Of a stretch of 64,000 nucleotides of DNA, positions 1-8,618 are shown piece by piece. The translations under genes were made by a program, and so were the position numbers. Source of the DNA: Spirochaetia bacterium (GTDB lineage: Bacteria; Spirochaetota; Spirochaetia; SZUA-6; Bin103); assembly GCA_965198005.1 (NCBI GenBank), contig CBDAOI010000002.1, positions 608,001-672,000 on the forward strand, written 5' to 3'. The notes under the pieces are model-generated. The model worked only from the letters and a program-made list of their open reading frames with translations, did no database searches and was not told the origin of the DNA. Each line of letters opens with the position of its first letter. Position 1 is the stretch's first letter.

Positions 1-75
1 CGGCGGAGGGTGTTGCGGCGGCCGAGGGCGCCGCGGCCGGGAGCGCGGCGCTGGCCGGCACGGCGCGCGGCTGAG
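1..75 (+). pseudogene. 3' end of branched-chain amino acid aminotransferase copy A (runs off window edge)
   Basis: Near-identical to 1415-1488 and 5305-5378, the Ala/Gly tail of the BCAT-like ORFs; stop TGA at 72-74. Confidence 0.6.
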
Positions 76-84
76 CGGGCTGCC

Positions 85-481
85 TCAGAACGGCATTCCG
101 AACATGAGGAAGCCGGAGTACGCCCGGGTGCCGGCGCCCAATTCCAGCGCCACCCGCTCACGCACACCGATCGAGAAGCGGTCCTGACGATACGTGCCAC
201 CCAGACCTGCCCGAATCGCGTTGTCAGCCAACTTCCACGTCAGCGTCTCTCCCGGATATCGGGACGACCGTCTGCGCGCCGCTGAACGTTCGCTCTACGT
301 CCGGAGCAGCACGCAACGAGACCTCCCCGCCACCCACGGGAAGCGTGCTCTCCGGCTGCAACCCGAGGTCGCCGACCAGGCGTTGGGCATCCCGAACCGA
401 TGCGGCCGCCAGCACCGGCACGGTCGGCATGGCGCCGACGCTGTACGTCGCCAACAACAGCATCGGCAACGTGCCCACCGA
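85..481 (-). pseudogene. frameshifted 3' part of a probable outer-membrane beta-barrel protein gene
   Basis: Reads ...LADNAIRAGLGGTYRQDRFSIGVRERVALELGAGTRAYSGFLMFGMPF* with alternating hydrophobic residues and a terminal Phe; joins ORF 224..478 through one frameshift; parts recur at 1499-1545 and 2486-2635. Confidence 0.4.
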
Positions 482-485
482 GTAT

Positions 486-563
486 GATCGCTACGGCGTG
501 GGCATGGTTCTCCAGCTTCTTCGAGAAGGCGTTGGTGAGGCGGGTGAAGCGCCTCGGCGACAT
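486..563 (-). mobile_element. IS1-family transposase internal fragment
   Basis: Peptide RRFTRLTNAFSKKLENHAHAVA, characteristic of IS1-family DDE transposases. Confidence 0.75.
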
Positions 564-586
564 AGATAGATAGAATAGATAGATAA
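561..586. repeat. (AGAT)n microsatellite, interrupted
   Basis: catagatagatagaatagatagataa in otherwise GC-rich DNA. Confidence 0.8.
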
Positions 587-590
587 GGAA

Positions 591-623
591 GGCCGCCAGG
601 GAGATGCTTTTTCCCCGGCGGCC
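591..623 (-). terminator. GC-rich hairpin, possible intrinsic terminator
   Basis: GGCCGCCaGGGAGA-tgctt-TTTCCCcGGCGGCC stem; on the minus strand followed by pyrimidine/T-rich ttccttatctatct. Confidence 0.4.
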
Positions 624-639
624 TGCATGTGACGCATCG

Positions 640-737
640 GGCGGGTTGGCAGAGAGGCCGAATGCAGCCGGTTGAGGGCCGGTAGCTTAGGGTGCTCACA
701 CCACCTTAGGCCGTGGGTTCGAATCCCACACCCGCCG
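640..737 (+). tRNA. type II tRNA with GAG (Leu) anticodon on a Ser-type body
   Basis: Acceptor GGCGGGT/ACCCGCC, D-arm GCAG-AGAGGCCGA-ATGC, anticodon arm GCCGG-TTGAGGG-CCGGT, 10-bp variable stem, T-arm GTGGG-TTCGAAT-CCCAC, discriminator G. Confidence 0.85.
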
Positions 738-785
738 TACCGCCGCCTACGTCACTAGTGCCATAATTCAGGGTGCCAGCGCAAG

Positions 786-890
786 CTAGCTCGGAGTGGT
801 GGAGTGGTGCCCCAGCGGGCGGCGGCGCCTATCCGGCCGATCTCCCGCCGGCGCTCCGGGGTCAGGTCTCTTGGGTAGGGTGGGCATCAT
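786..890 (-). pseudogene. internally deleted small basic protein gene of the type found beside IS1-family transposases
   Basis: AGGAGG SD + MMPTLPKRP, then LTPERRREIGRIGAAARWG in another frame; resembles the KRPRD...LTPERRxEIAxxAAxARW small proteins. Confidence 0.5.
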
Positions 891-1048
891 GCTCCTCCTG
901 GGACGCCATAATAAGTAGCGGCGACCGATCATGTCCGCAGTATACCGCGTGCCATTAACCTTTACAAGCAGTGCAAGCCGTGGTACGGAGTACGATCCGG
1001 CCTGGAGCGGGACGAGTTCGAGTCCGGGCACTCGGTGTACGTCCGACC

Positions 1049-1488
1049 CTCACGCCCGAGCTGGGCGACACGGTGCTGGCCGGGATCACGCGCCGCACGG
1101 TGATCGAGTTGGCCGCCGAGCGCGGCATCCGGTCGAGGAGCGCGCGGTGGCGATCAAGGAGGTGCTGGACGACGCGGTGGAGGCGTTCGGCACCGGCACC
1201 GCGGCCGGGGTCACCTACTTCAGCTCGATCCGGCACGGTGAGCGCGAGCAGGTGTTCGGCGACGGCGCCATCGGGCCGGTGGCGCACGCCTTCCGCAGCC
1301 GGCTCAAGGGGGTGCAGTACGGAGCGCTGGAGGACCGCTACGGCTGGATGGTGCCGGTGGCGGCGGCGGCGGACGGCGCGGGGGACGCTGCCGGAGCGGC
1401 GGCCGCGGCGGTGGCGGCGGAGGGCGTGGCGGCAGCCGAGGGCGCCGCGGACGGGAGCACGGCGCTGGCCGGCACGGCGCGCGGCTGA
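1049..1488 (+). pseudogene. branched-chain aminotransferase C-terminal half, copy B (5' truncated, frameshifted)
   Basis: TPELGDTVLAGITRRTVIELA...EAFGTGTAAGVT...QYGALEDRYGWMVPV, class IV aminotransferase motifs. Confidence 0.85.
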
Positions 1489-1688
1489 GCGGACTGCCTC
1501 AGAACGGCACTCCGAACATGAGGAAGCCGGAGTACGCCCGGGGTGCATTCTTTCTGTGTGGTAGCGCACTAGCGGTGCCACCGGCATCGAGCATGGCAGC
1601 GAGCGCGGCCAGGCGCAGCCGGTTAGCGCAGCCGGCGATTGGCGTTGACATCGAAGATGCCGCACGGATACGTTCGCCGGCGGGTCTC

Positions 1689-2350
1689 ATGGCCGACGAG
1701 CGGGCAGCAGAGCAACCGGACACCGACGAGCCGGGGCAGGCGATCAGTCAGCCGCACGACAAGTACTTCCAGCGCGTGTTCTCGAACGAGCAGGACGCCG
1801 CCAGCCTGCTGCGCACCTGCGTGCCGCGCCCGCTCGCCGACACGCTGAAGTGGTCGACGCTCGCCCTGCTGCGCGGTCGCTTCGTGGCTGACGACTGGCG
1901 GCGCAACGAGACCGATCTGCTGTATTCGGTGGAGCGGGAGGGTACGGAGACGCCGGTGCTGGTGTACGTGCTGCTGGAGCATCAGTCGACGCCGGACCAG
2001 TGGCTGCGGCTGCGACTGCTGGGTTTGCGGACTTGGTAACGGCCGCGGCGCCACAGTGGCGGTGGGTGCCGAGGTTTGAGCATCCGCTGATCGACCAGAC
2101 GGAGCTGGGCGCGCGAATCGGTGACGGGCGCGGTAGCGGCGCGGGTGTTGCAGATCGCGATGATGGCGACGTTTCGGGAAGCGCCGGAGGAGTTGCTGGA
2201 ATGGGTGACGCGGTTGATTGGGGAGTTGTACCGCGCCAAGGGGTTCGAGGAAGTGGCGAAACACGTGGAGTACGTGCTGGCGACGCAGCCGGAGGCACAG
2301 CGGAAGCTGTTTGCGGAGGCGTTGCGGAGGAACGTGCCGGGCCACGGGAA
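1689..2350 (+). pseudogene. Rpn/YhgA-like recombination-promoting nuclease, deleted and frameshifted
   Basis: QPHDKYFQRVFS...ETDLLYSV...VYVLLEHQSTPD motif; continues in other frames. Confidence 0.85.
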
Positions 2351-2485
2351 TCGACGAGGCCACATTCCGGCGCCTCAGGCAGCGAATCGACGCAAAGGAC
2401 AACGGGGCGGATTCGACCGTCTGAGGCCGCCGCAGCAACCTCGACGGCCGCCTGCACGCCGCTACCACACTGAGGAATGCACCCG

Positions 2486-2635
2486 ACCCACGGGAAGCGT
2501 GCTCTCCGGCTGCAACCCGAGGTCGCCGACCAGGCGATGGGCATCCTGAACCGATGCGGCCGCCAGCACCGGGACGGTCGGCATGGCGCCGACGCTGTAC
2601 GTCGCCAACAACAGCATCGGCAACGTGCCCACCGG
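2486..2635. repeat. ~150-bp direct repeat of 332-481
   Basis: Only three substitutions seen by eye; two fall at third codon positions of the minus-strand frame. Confidence 0.85.
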
Positions 2636-2728
2636 GTGTTCGTCTTCACGGAGAAGAACGTCCGACAAACCCGACACAATCGCTTCAGCATGGTTTCCTC
2701 AGTTAGTGGGGGGGCAGTATGCTACCGC

Positions 2729-3517
2729 ATGGCTCTCAACGTGAGCGCAGCCGCGATGAACCCGCCTGGCACGATACACACCGGACCGCTCGGCTCCACC
2801 GTGCACGTGCTGCGCGCCGATTCCGAGACCGTCGCCGAGTTGGCCGCCATCGACTGGAGCCTGCGCTTCCGCCGCGTCTGGCTCGACCCGATGCGAGGGA
2901 TCATTGCTCTGACGTCGCCGTCTCACTCCCACGAGGATCTGTCCACGATCCTCGACAACATCGTGGACATTGCGGCGAGTATTCTCGCCGGCGCGACGAA
3001 AGGGTTGCGCAGCACGCGGCTGCGGCGGCGGGATGACCCCCCGGGCACGGGAATGGAGCCCGACTGCGCGTTCTATGTCGGCGCGCGTGCCAGGGACTTC
3101 CGTGCTGCTATGGTCGAAGGTACGGCCGCGGCCGAGGCCTTCATCGAACGTACCGCGCCCGATCTGGTGATCGAAGTCGAGATCACCAACGCCGATGAAG
3201 GTAAGATCGAACGCTATGCCGAGTTGGGGGTGCGAGAGCTGTGGCGCCTGCACGGCCGCAAGGAGTCGTGGGAGTTGCGTGCCGATTTTCTCGCCCTCCA
3301 CGCCAACGCTGCGCCGCGCGAGCTTGACGCTTCGGAAGTCGTCCCGGGGCTCACCCCGGGCGATGTGTGCGAAGCGGTCGACGGGGTGCGCGCCGGTGTG
3401 ACCCACGACGAGCGGACGCAAGCGGTCGCCCGCATCGTGCACCGGCGCCAGTCGCCCAGCGTGCGGGTGCGTGAGGAGGAGGAGGTCCGGTACCTCGCGC
3501 GTTCGGCCGCACCGTAG
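2729..3517 (+). CDS. Uma2 family (DUF820) PD-(D/E)XK endonuclease
   Basis: SPSHSHE, MEPDCAFYVG, PDLVIEVEIT, YAELGVRELW motifs. Confidence 0.85.
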   Translation: MALNVSAAAMNPPGTIHTGPLGSTVHVLRADSETVAELAAIDWSLRFRRVWLDPMRGIIALTSPSHSHEDLSTILDNIVDIAASILAGATKGLRSTRLRRRDDPPGTGMEPDCAFYVGARARDFRAAMVEGTAAAEAFIERTAPDLVIEVEITNADEGKIERYAELGVRELWRLHGRKESWELRADFLALHANAAPRELDASEVVPGLTPGDVCEAVDGVRAGVTHDERTQAVARIVHRRQSPSVRVREEEEVRYLARSAAP

Positions 3518-3601
3518 AACGCGCGGCGAGGCAGTTGGGCCGGGTACACGGCGGCGTCGGCACCGAGGAAATGGGGACCCCGCTGGGCGGCGGCCGCAAG
3601 G

Positions 3602-3965
3602 TCACCGCATCGGCCAGTCATCCTCGGTCCACCGGCGATCAGTGACGCCCACGGCCTGCGCCGGCGTCATCTTCAGCTGTAGCCACGGTGCGCCGCGCCC
3701 GTCGCTCCTGAATCGCCACCGTATACCTTGATCAGCATCGCGTAATCCACGTCGCCGCCGAAGGCGCCGCGCACGGCCGTCAGGTAGGCGCGGTGCCCGT
3801 CCGTGGTCAACTGCACGCGATTCCGAAGGCGGCTCGCCAGATCCTTCATGAACGGGATCGCGGATGCGGCCGAGCGGTCGCCGATGAACCAGGAGGGAAC
3901 CAGCTTGGTGTCGGCGCATATGGCCGTCCAGGTCCACACGTCGCCGGCCTCCGGCGGCGCGCTCT
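3602..3965 (-). mobile_element. IS1-family transposase remnant, internally deleted
   Basis: GDVWTWTAICADTKLVPSWFIGDR...VQLTTDGHRAY...VDYAMLIKVYG and C-terminal TPAQAVGVTDRRWT. Confidence 0.85.
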
Positions 3966-4001
3966 TGGAGCGCGCTACTTGCAACGCTAGTAGGGCGCCG
4001 C

Positions 4002-4259
4002 TTATAGGAGCTTGAGCCCGCCAACGATTACCAGCGCAACGACCAGCGAAGTGCCTATCGCCCAACGCAGGGACGACACCTGCTTCTCGGCAATCAAGGT
4101 CTTGATGGACTCGATGTCGGCCTTTGTGGCTACGTTCTTGGAAAGGTTGTTTACCCGTTCCTCTAGCCGTACCAGCCTCGCCTCGAACCCGCCACCACCG
4201 TTTCCCGCCCCCGATCCGGTGCTGGCACCCGGAAAGTCTATAGGCTGAGGGCTTCCCAC
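4002..4259 (-). CDS. small coiled-coil membrane-anchored protein (DUF1640/Bdr-like)
   Basis: RLVRLEERV...VATKADIESIK followed by C-terminal TM helix WAIGTSLVVALVIVGGLKLL. Confidence 0.65.
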   Translation of the reverse strand: MGSPQPIDFPGASTGSGAGNGGGGFEARLVRLEERVNNLSKNVATKADIESIKTLIAEKQVSSLRWAIGTSLVVALVIVGGLKLL

Positions 4260-4504
4260 GACCTGAGCTTCTCCCAGATGTTCTGAGCGGCGTAGCCGTG
4301 GTATCCCCCAACCTTCACGACCACTCCTGTGCGCTGGTCCGCGCCTATACGATAAGCTGTTGCTATTTCAGTTGACGTGGGCGCGACACCTTCCCCTAAG
4401 GCCAAGCAGGTGGTGTTCGCAACTGCGACATGATCATGGACCCCCGGCGGTGGTTCCGAAGGGACGGGGTCGCCATCTGTATATGCCACCATGAATACTT
4501 CCAT
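4238..4504 (-). CDS. hypothetical protein
   Basis: 88-aa lower-GC ORF overlapping the next gene; no motif recognised. Confidence 0.4.
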   Translation of the reverse strand: MEVFMVAYTDGDPVPSEPPPGVHDHVAVANTTCLALGEGVAPTSTEIATAYRIGADQRTGVVVKVGGYHGYAAQNIWEKLRSWEALSL

Positions 4505-4681
4505 AGTCCGTGTCTCTACTATATATCAGACCAACGCACCGGTCCACGTCTATGCGTTGCTTTGGCGAGCATTAACGTGCAACGACGCCCTCCCTTGAAA
4601 AAGCTATGGCCACCGGAGGGTGGGGCCATAGGGTCTGCCGCCCAACACATGGGTCGGCAATTGAGGATTTCTATGAAGAAT

Positions 4682-5393
4682 ATGGGAACAGATCGCCCGG
4701 ATGTCGAGGGGGCGTCACGGCGGCCTGGTCACGTATTCCACGCAGTACGCAATGCCGTGCTTCGAGGGGCTCAAGGCGTTTCCGCAGCCGGACGGATCGC
4801 TCAAGCTGCTCCGCCCGCACCTCATACGCCGAAGCGGGGATCGGCGTCAACCTGTGCCAGGCGCCTTATTTCATTGCACCAGCGCTACGTCGAGGAGGGT
4901 TCCTCCTGCAACCTGTTCTTCGCTGTCCGACGGCCGGCTGGTCACGCCCGAGCTGGGCGACACGGTGCTGGCCGGGATCACGCGCCGCACGGTGATCGAG
5001 CTGGCCGCCGAGCGCGGCATCCCGGTCGAGGAGCGCGCGGTGGCGATCGAGGAAGTGCTGGACGACGCGGTGGAGGCGTTCGGCACCGGCACCGCGGCCG
5101 GCGTCACCTACTTCAGCTCGATCCGGCACGGTGAGCGCGAGCGGGTGTTCGGCGACGGCGCCATCGGGCCGGTCGCGCACGCCTTCCGCAGCAGGCTGAA
5201 AGGGATGCAGTACGGAGCGCTGGAGAACCGCTACGGGTGGATGGTGCCGGTGGTGACGGGGGGGGTACAGGGGGGTGATGCGAGGGGCCCGGCCGCGGCG
5301 GTGGCGGCGGAGGGCCTTGCGGCGGCCGAGGGCGCCGCGGCCGGGAGCGCGGCGCTGGCCGGTGCGGCGCGCGGCTCAGCCATCGCCACGTAG
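4682..5393 (+). pseudogene. ilvE: branched-chain aminotransferase (ilvE-like) copy C, multiple deletions/frameshifts
   Basis: QYAMPCFEGLKAFPQPDGSLKL, YVEEGSSCNLFF and the GITRRTV...GTGTAA block in different frames. Confidence 0.8.
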
Positions 5394-5637
5394 CGCCAGG
5401 AGCCCTCGTTTCTGTAGTCCCTCTACTACGCCAACCGCTATCTCCTTCGCCAACCCGCCATTCGCCATGTGCCCGAACGTCTCGCGGACCCACCGCCCGT
5501 GGGTCTCAAGATCCTGCGTCAGGGCCGTCATGTCGCCCTTCAGAGCCGTCATGTCACCCTTCAGAGCCGTCATGTCGCCCTTCAATTCATGGCCTCAACT
5601 CGCCGCAGCACTCGCCCTGAAACTCGCCCTCACTCAC
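5376..5637 (-). pseudogene. coiled-coil repeat protein (LKGDMTA x3), frameshifted near the 5' end
   Basis: AGGAGG SD + GTG at 5637; 21-bp repeats at 5519-5584; start is out of frame with the repeat ORF. Confidence 0.5.
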
Positions 5638-5840
5638 CCTCTGACCTCCTGACGCCCCGCCTTGGGGGGGGGGCGCGTATACCAAGAATGAGTGTACATT
5701 GAGCCAGCACACAGGGCAATCGGGGCGCATTCCCTGAGTGTGGTAGCCTTCGGGCTGCCTCCGAGTGGGTTTGGTCGATTTGCTGAGGGGGTGAAGCGGG
5801 GAGCTCGATATCGGCGACCTTCCGGGTGAGCGCGGCGGCG

Positions 5841-7631
5841 TCAGCGGTTGAGCAGGCTGAGCTGGGTGCCGTGGACGCCGCTGGTGGCGGCCAGGGCGGC
5901 AGCCAGCGTGCGGTGCGCCGCGCGCCAGCGCTCCACCGCCCCGCCCACCGCGGAGATGACGCGCGCCTGCTCCGGGTGGCGCGCGCGCAGCCGGCCGCTC
6001 CACAGCCCCAGGAAGTTGGCCACGCGGGCGGTGTCCTGCTGCAGCAGGTAGGCCTGAAACTCGTTCACCACCAGGAACTGATGGTCGACGTCGTAGCCCA
6101 CGGTCGCCAGCAGCAGGCGCCAGAAGGTCTGCTCGTCGGCGCTCAACTGCTGCCACAGCGCCAGCACCTGGGCGCGGTACTCGGGGTGGGTGAAGTAGAG
6201 CCCGTGCAGCGCCTCGTGCGCCAGCAACAGGCGGCGGAGCGGCGCGCCCGACTCCTGCGAGATCGACAGCACCGCGCCGGCCACCGCGCTCCAGCCGCCG
6301 TTGGGGTCGATGCTGATCACGCCGTGGGTGAGCGCCACGCCGCGCAGCCGCCGCTCCTCGGCAGTGAGCGCCACGCCGGATGACTGCACCTCGGTGAAGA
6401 ACCGCGCCAGGTCGGCGGCCGCGTAGTCGTGGGCGTTGTAGCCGCGCCGGCTGCCCAGCTCGGCGTCGGTGAGCAGGCGCCCGCGGTACCCCTGCTTCTC
6501 GACGTAGAACGCCAGCCGGCGGAAGAAGCGCGCCTGCACCGCGTAGCTCGCGGTGTCGAAGATCAGCACCGGCGCCGCGGCGTTGACGCGGGCGGCGTTC
6601 CAGGCGTACAGCTCGAAGGCGGGCTGCCGCCAAGTGGTCGGGGGCAGCGCCAGCACGGTGCTGAGGTCGGCGGCCTTGGCCACCAGGTCGCTGCCGGCAC
6701 CGCCCGGCTGCACCTCCACCGCGGCCGACACCAGCCCCGTGGCCGCGGCGCCGGCCGCCGCCTGCAGGTGCACGCGGCGCGGCCGGAACCCTACCTCGGC
6801 GCCGTGCAGGTGTACGAACTGGCGGCCGGGGCGCAGGGTCAGGGTGAAGGCCGCGCTCCGGCCGGCGGCCTCGTCCGCCTCCTGCAGGGTGATGCGCAGC
6901 TCGGTGCCGTCGCTCTCGGCGGCGTTGTCGAGCTGCAGGGCCAGCAGCCACGGCTGCTCCGGGGCCGGGTACTGCCAGGGGGCCACCTCCAGGTCCACCG
7001 GCCACACCGCGCGGCCGTCGAAGCGCGCCGCGGTGCGGGGCGCGAGGCCGCTGCCCGCCAGCAGGGTGGCGCCGTTCACGAACAGGCCGCCGCGGTGGCC
7101 GGCCACGCCGGCCGCGCGCAGCTTGAGGGTGCCGGGGCCGGCCTCCGGCGGGGCGCGCACCCGCAGTCCCCACAGCAGCAGCGGGTCGCGGATCGCCACG
7201 TGGTAGCGGATCGGCCCCGCGCCGCCCAGCCGGATCTGCTCCGCGTGCGCCAGGTTGCCGGCGGCGCGGTACAGCTCCACGGTGAAGTGGTCGAGCTCGC
7301 TCTCCACCTCCAGCGCCACCGCCTGCCCCGGCTCCAGATACACCGGCTTCGCCAATTCGAACAGGGCGGTGGCGAACACCGCGTACTGGGGCGCCAGGCT
7401 GGCGCGGTCCAGCTCGGCGGTGCGCGCCGCCGCCGCCTCGGGGCGCTCCCGGCGATGGGCGCGCACCGCGACCCGCCCCCCGTCCAGGGCGGTAAAGCGC
7501 AGGCCGGGCGCGACCAGCCCGCAGCCGGCGAGCGACGCACCCAGCACGGCGGCGGCCAGGACCGCGCCGACGGCCCGGCCGGCGGTGTGCGGCGGCGAAT
7601 GAAGGAACACCTCACCCCTCATTGTCGGCAC
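5841..7631 (-). CDS. putative lipoprotein, spirochaete-type conserved hypothetical with HEXXH motif
   Basis: Lipobox SLAGC; IFDTASYAVQARFFRRLAFYVEK, GYNAHDY, AHEALHG. Confidence 0.7.
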   Translation of the reverse strand: MPTMRGEVFLHSPPHTAGRAVGAVLAAAVLGASLAGCGLVAPGLRFTALDGGRVAVRAHRRERPEAAAARTAELDRASLAPQYAVFATALFELAKPVYLEPGQAVALEVESELDHFTVELYRAAGNLAHAEQIRLGGAGPIRYHVAIRDPLLLWGLRVRAPPEAGPGTLKLRAAGVAGHRGGLFVNGATLLAGSGLAPRTAARFDGRAVWPVDLEVAPWQYPAPEQPWLLALQLDNAAESDGTELRITLQEADEAAGRSAAFTLTLRPGRQFVHLHGAEVGFRPRRVHLQAAAGAAATGLVSAAVEVQPGGAGSDLVAKAADLSTVLALPPTTWRQPAFELYAWNAARVNAAAPVLIFDTASYAVQARFFRRLAFYVEKQGYRGRLLTDAELGSRRGYNAHDYAAADLARFFTEVQSSGVALTAEERRLRGVALTHGVISIDPNGGWSAVAGAVLSISQESGAPLRRLLLAHEALHGLYFTHPEYRAQVLALWQQLSADEQTFWRLLLATVGYDVDHQFLVVNEFQAYLLQQDTARVANFLGLWSGRLRARHPEQARVISAVGGAVERWRAAHRTLAAALAATSGVHGTQLSLLNR

Positions 7632-7687
7632 CGATCGTGCGCATGACAGTCGCCAGCCCCATCTGACGTGCGAAGACGAGTAGTTCG

Positions 7688-7795
7688 TTATCCGGCGTGG
7701 AGGCTTCGGCGGTCGAACCGGCGGGGACGGAACTGTTCACCGTGGATGATGCTGGCGCTGCTGCCGGTGGCGCGGATCACGTAGAGACCCACATA
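7688..7795 (-). pseudogene. C-terminal remnant of a PD-(D/E)XK-like hypothetical gene
   Basis: GLYVIRATGSSASII...FRPRRF resembles a widespread C-terminal motif; recognised from memory only. Confidence 0.3.
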
Positions 7796-7835
7796 TCCTG
7801 CGGAGTAGCCGGTTCTCGGTGTGCAATCCGGTCGG

Positions 7836-8618
7836 CTATCGGGTGTTCTCCCGCTTCTGAAGGTAACGCCACCCGGCGCACTCAGCAAGCAGCTCCGCGA
7901 CTTCGGGATAGGCCGAGGACTGTCGGGCGGGGTAAATCCGACAAGCCCGGGGCTCAGCGCAGGGCAGGCGGGCTGCTACCTCGGCCTGGAGCAGGTCGCG
8001 TACGGCCGCCACCGGCAGCGGGAAGCCGGCCGCGTGCAGCGTGGTGCAGAACGCCTGGTGGCCGCGCCCGCGGCGGTAGTCGGGCTCCTGCGCCGGGTAG
8101 GTGAGGTAGCGTTCGAACTCCGCGGGGTCGTTGGCGACCAGCACGCTGGCCTGGTAGAACAGGATGAGGCGGCGGCGAAACACGCTGGTGCCGGCGATCT
8201 TGCGCTCGCCGATCGCCAGGTCGGAGATGCCGCGCGGCGCCACGCCGCGCACGCCGGCCCGTTCCAGCGCCGCGCGCAGCCAGCCGTTGATGGCGTGCGC
8301 GTAGGCGCGGCTACGGTAGGGGTGGGCGACCGCGGTCACCAGCGCCACCACCACCTGACCGGGAGTCAGCAGCACGGTGCCGCCGCCGCCGCGCCGGCGC
8401 CGCACCGGGATGGCCGCCGCCCGCGCCGCGGCCTCGCGCACGTCGGCGGCGGCGCTGCCGGAGGCGCCGAGCACGATCACCCGCCGGTGCGGCTCGTACA
8501 CCCGGAGCTGCGGCGCGCCGCACCGTTCGTAGGCCTCCAGCAGATCGTCGTTCTCCAGCGGCGGCGGGCGCAGCGGTTGCCGCGGTCGCGCCACCACGGC
8601 CGGCTGGTCAAGCGCCAA
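7836..8618 (-). CDS. lipoate-protein ligase A family protein
   Basis: VRRRRGGGGTV, GISDLAIGERKIAGTS, EPDYRRGRGH. Confidence 0.85.
   Translation of the reverse strand: MALDQPAVVARPRQPLRPPPLENDDLLEAYERCGAPQLRVYEPHRRVIVLGASGSAAADVREAAARAAAIPVRRRRGGGGTVLLTPGQVVVALVTAVAHPYRSRAYAHAINGWLRAALERAGVRGVAPRGISDLAIGERKIAGTSVFRRRLILFYQASVLVANDPAEFERYLTYPAQEPDYRRGRGHQAFCTTLHAAGFPLPVAAVRDLLQAEVAARLPCAEPRACRIYPARQSSAYPEVAELLAECAGWRYLQKRENTR

Noticed and set aside
640-737. tRNA-Sec, or plain tRNA-Ser(TGA) using the TGA inside the loop
   Set aside because: Fold is 7/5 and the anticodon is not TCA. With the 5-bp stem GCCGG/CCGGT, positions 34-36 are GAG; TGA sits at 33-35.
2477-2728. N-terminal extension of the Uma2 ORF
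   Set aside because: It is the antisense read-through of the repeated minus-strand gene fragment; ATG 2729 is the more plausible start
1-5393. Diversity-generating retroelement (TR/VR pair) or integron cassette array
   Set aside because: Differences between repeat copies are not adenine-specific; no RT, IntI or attC-like sites recognised
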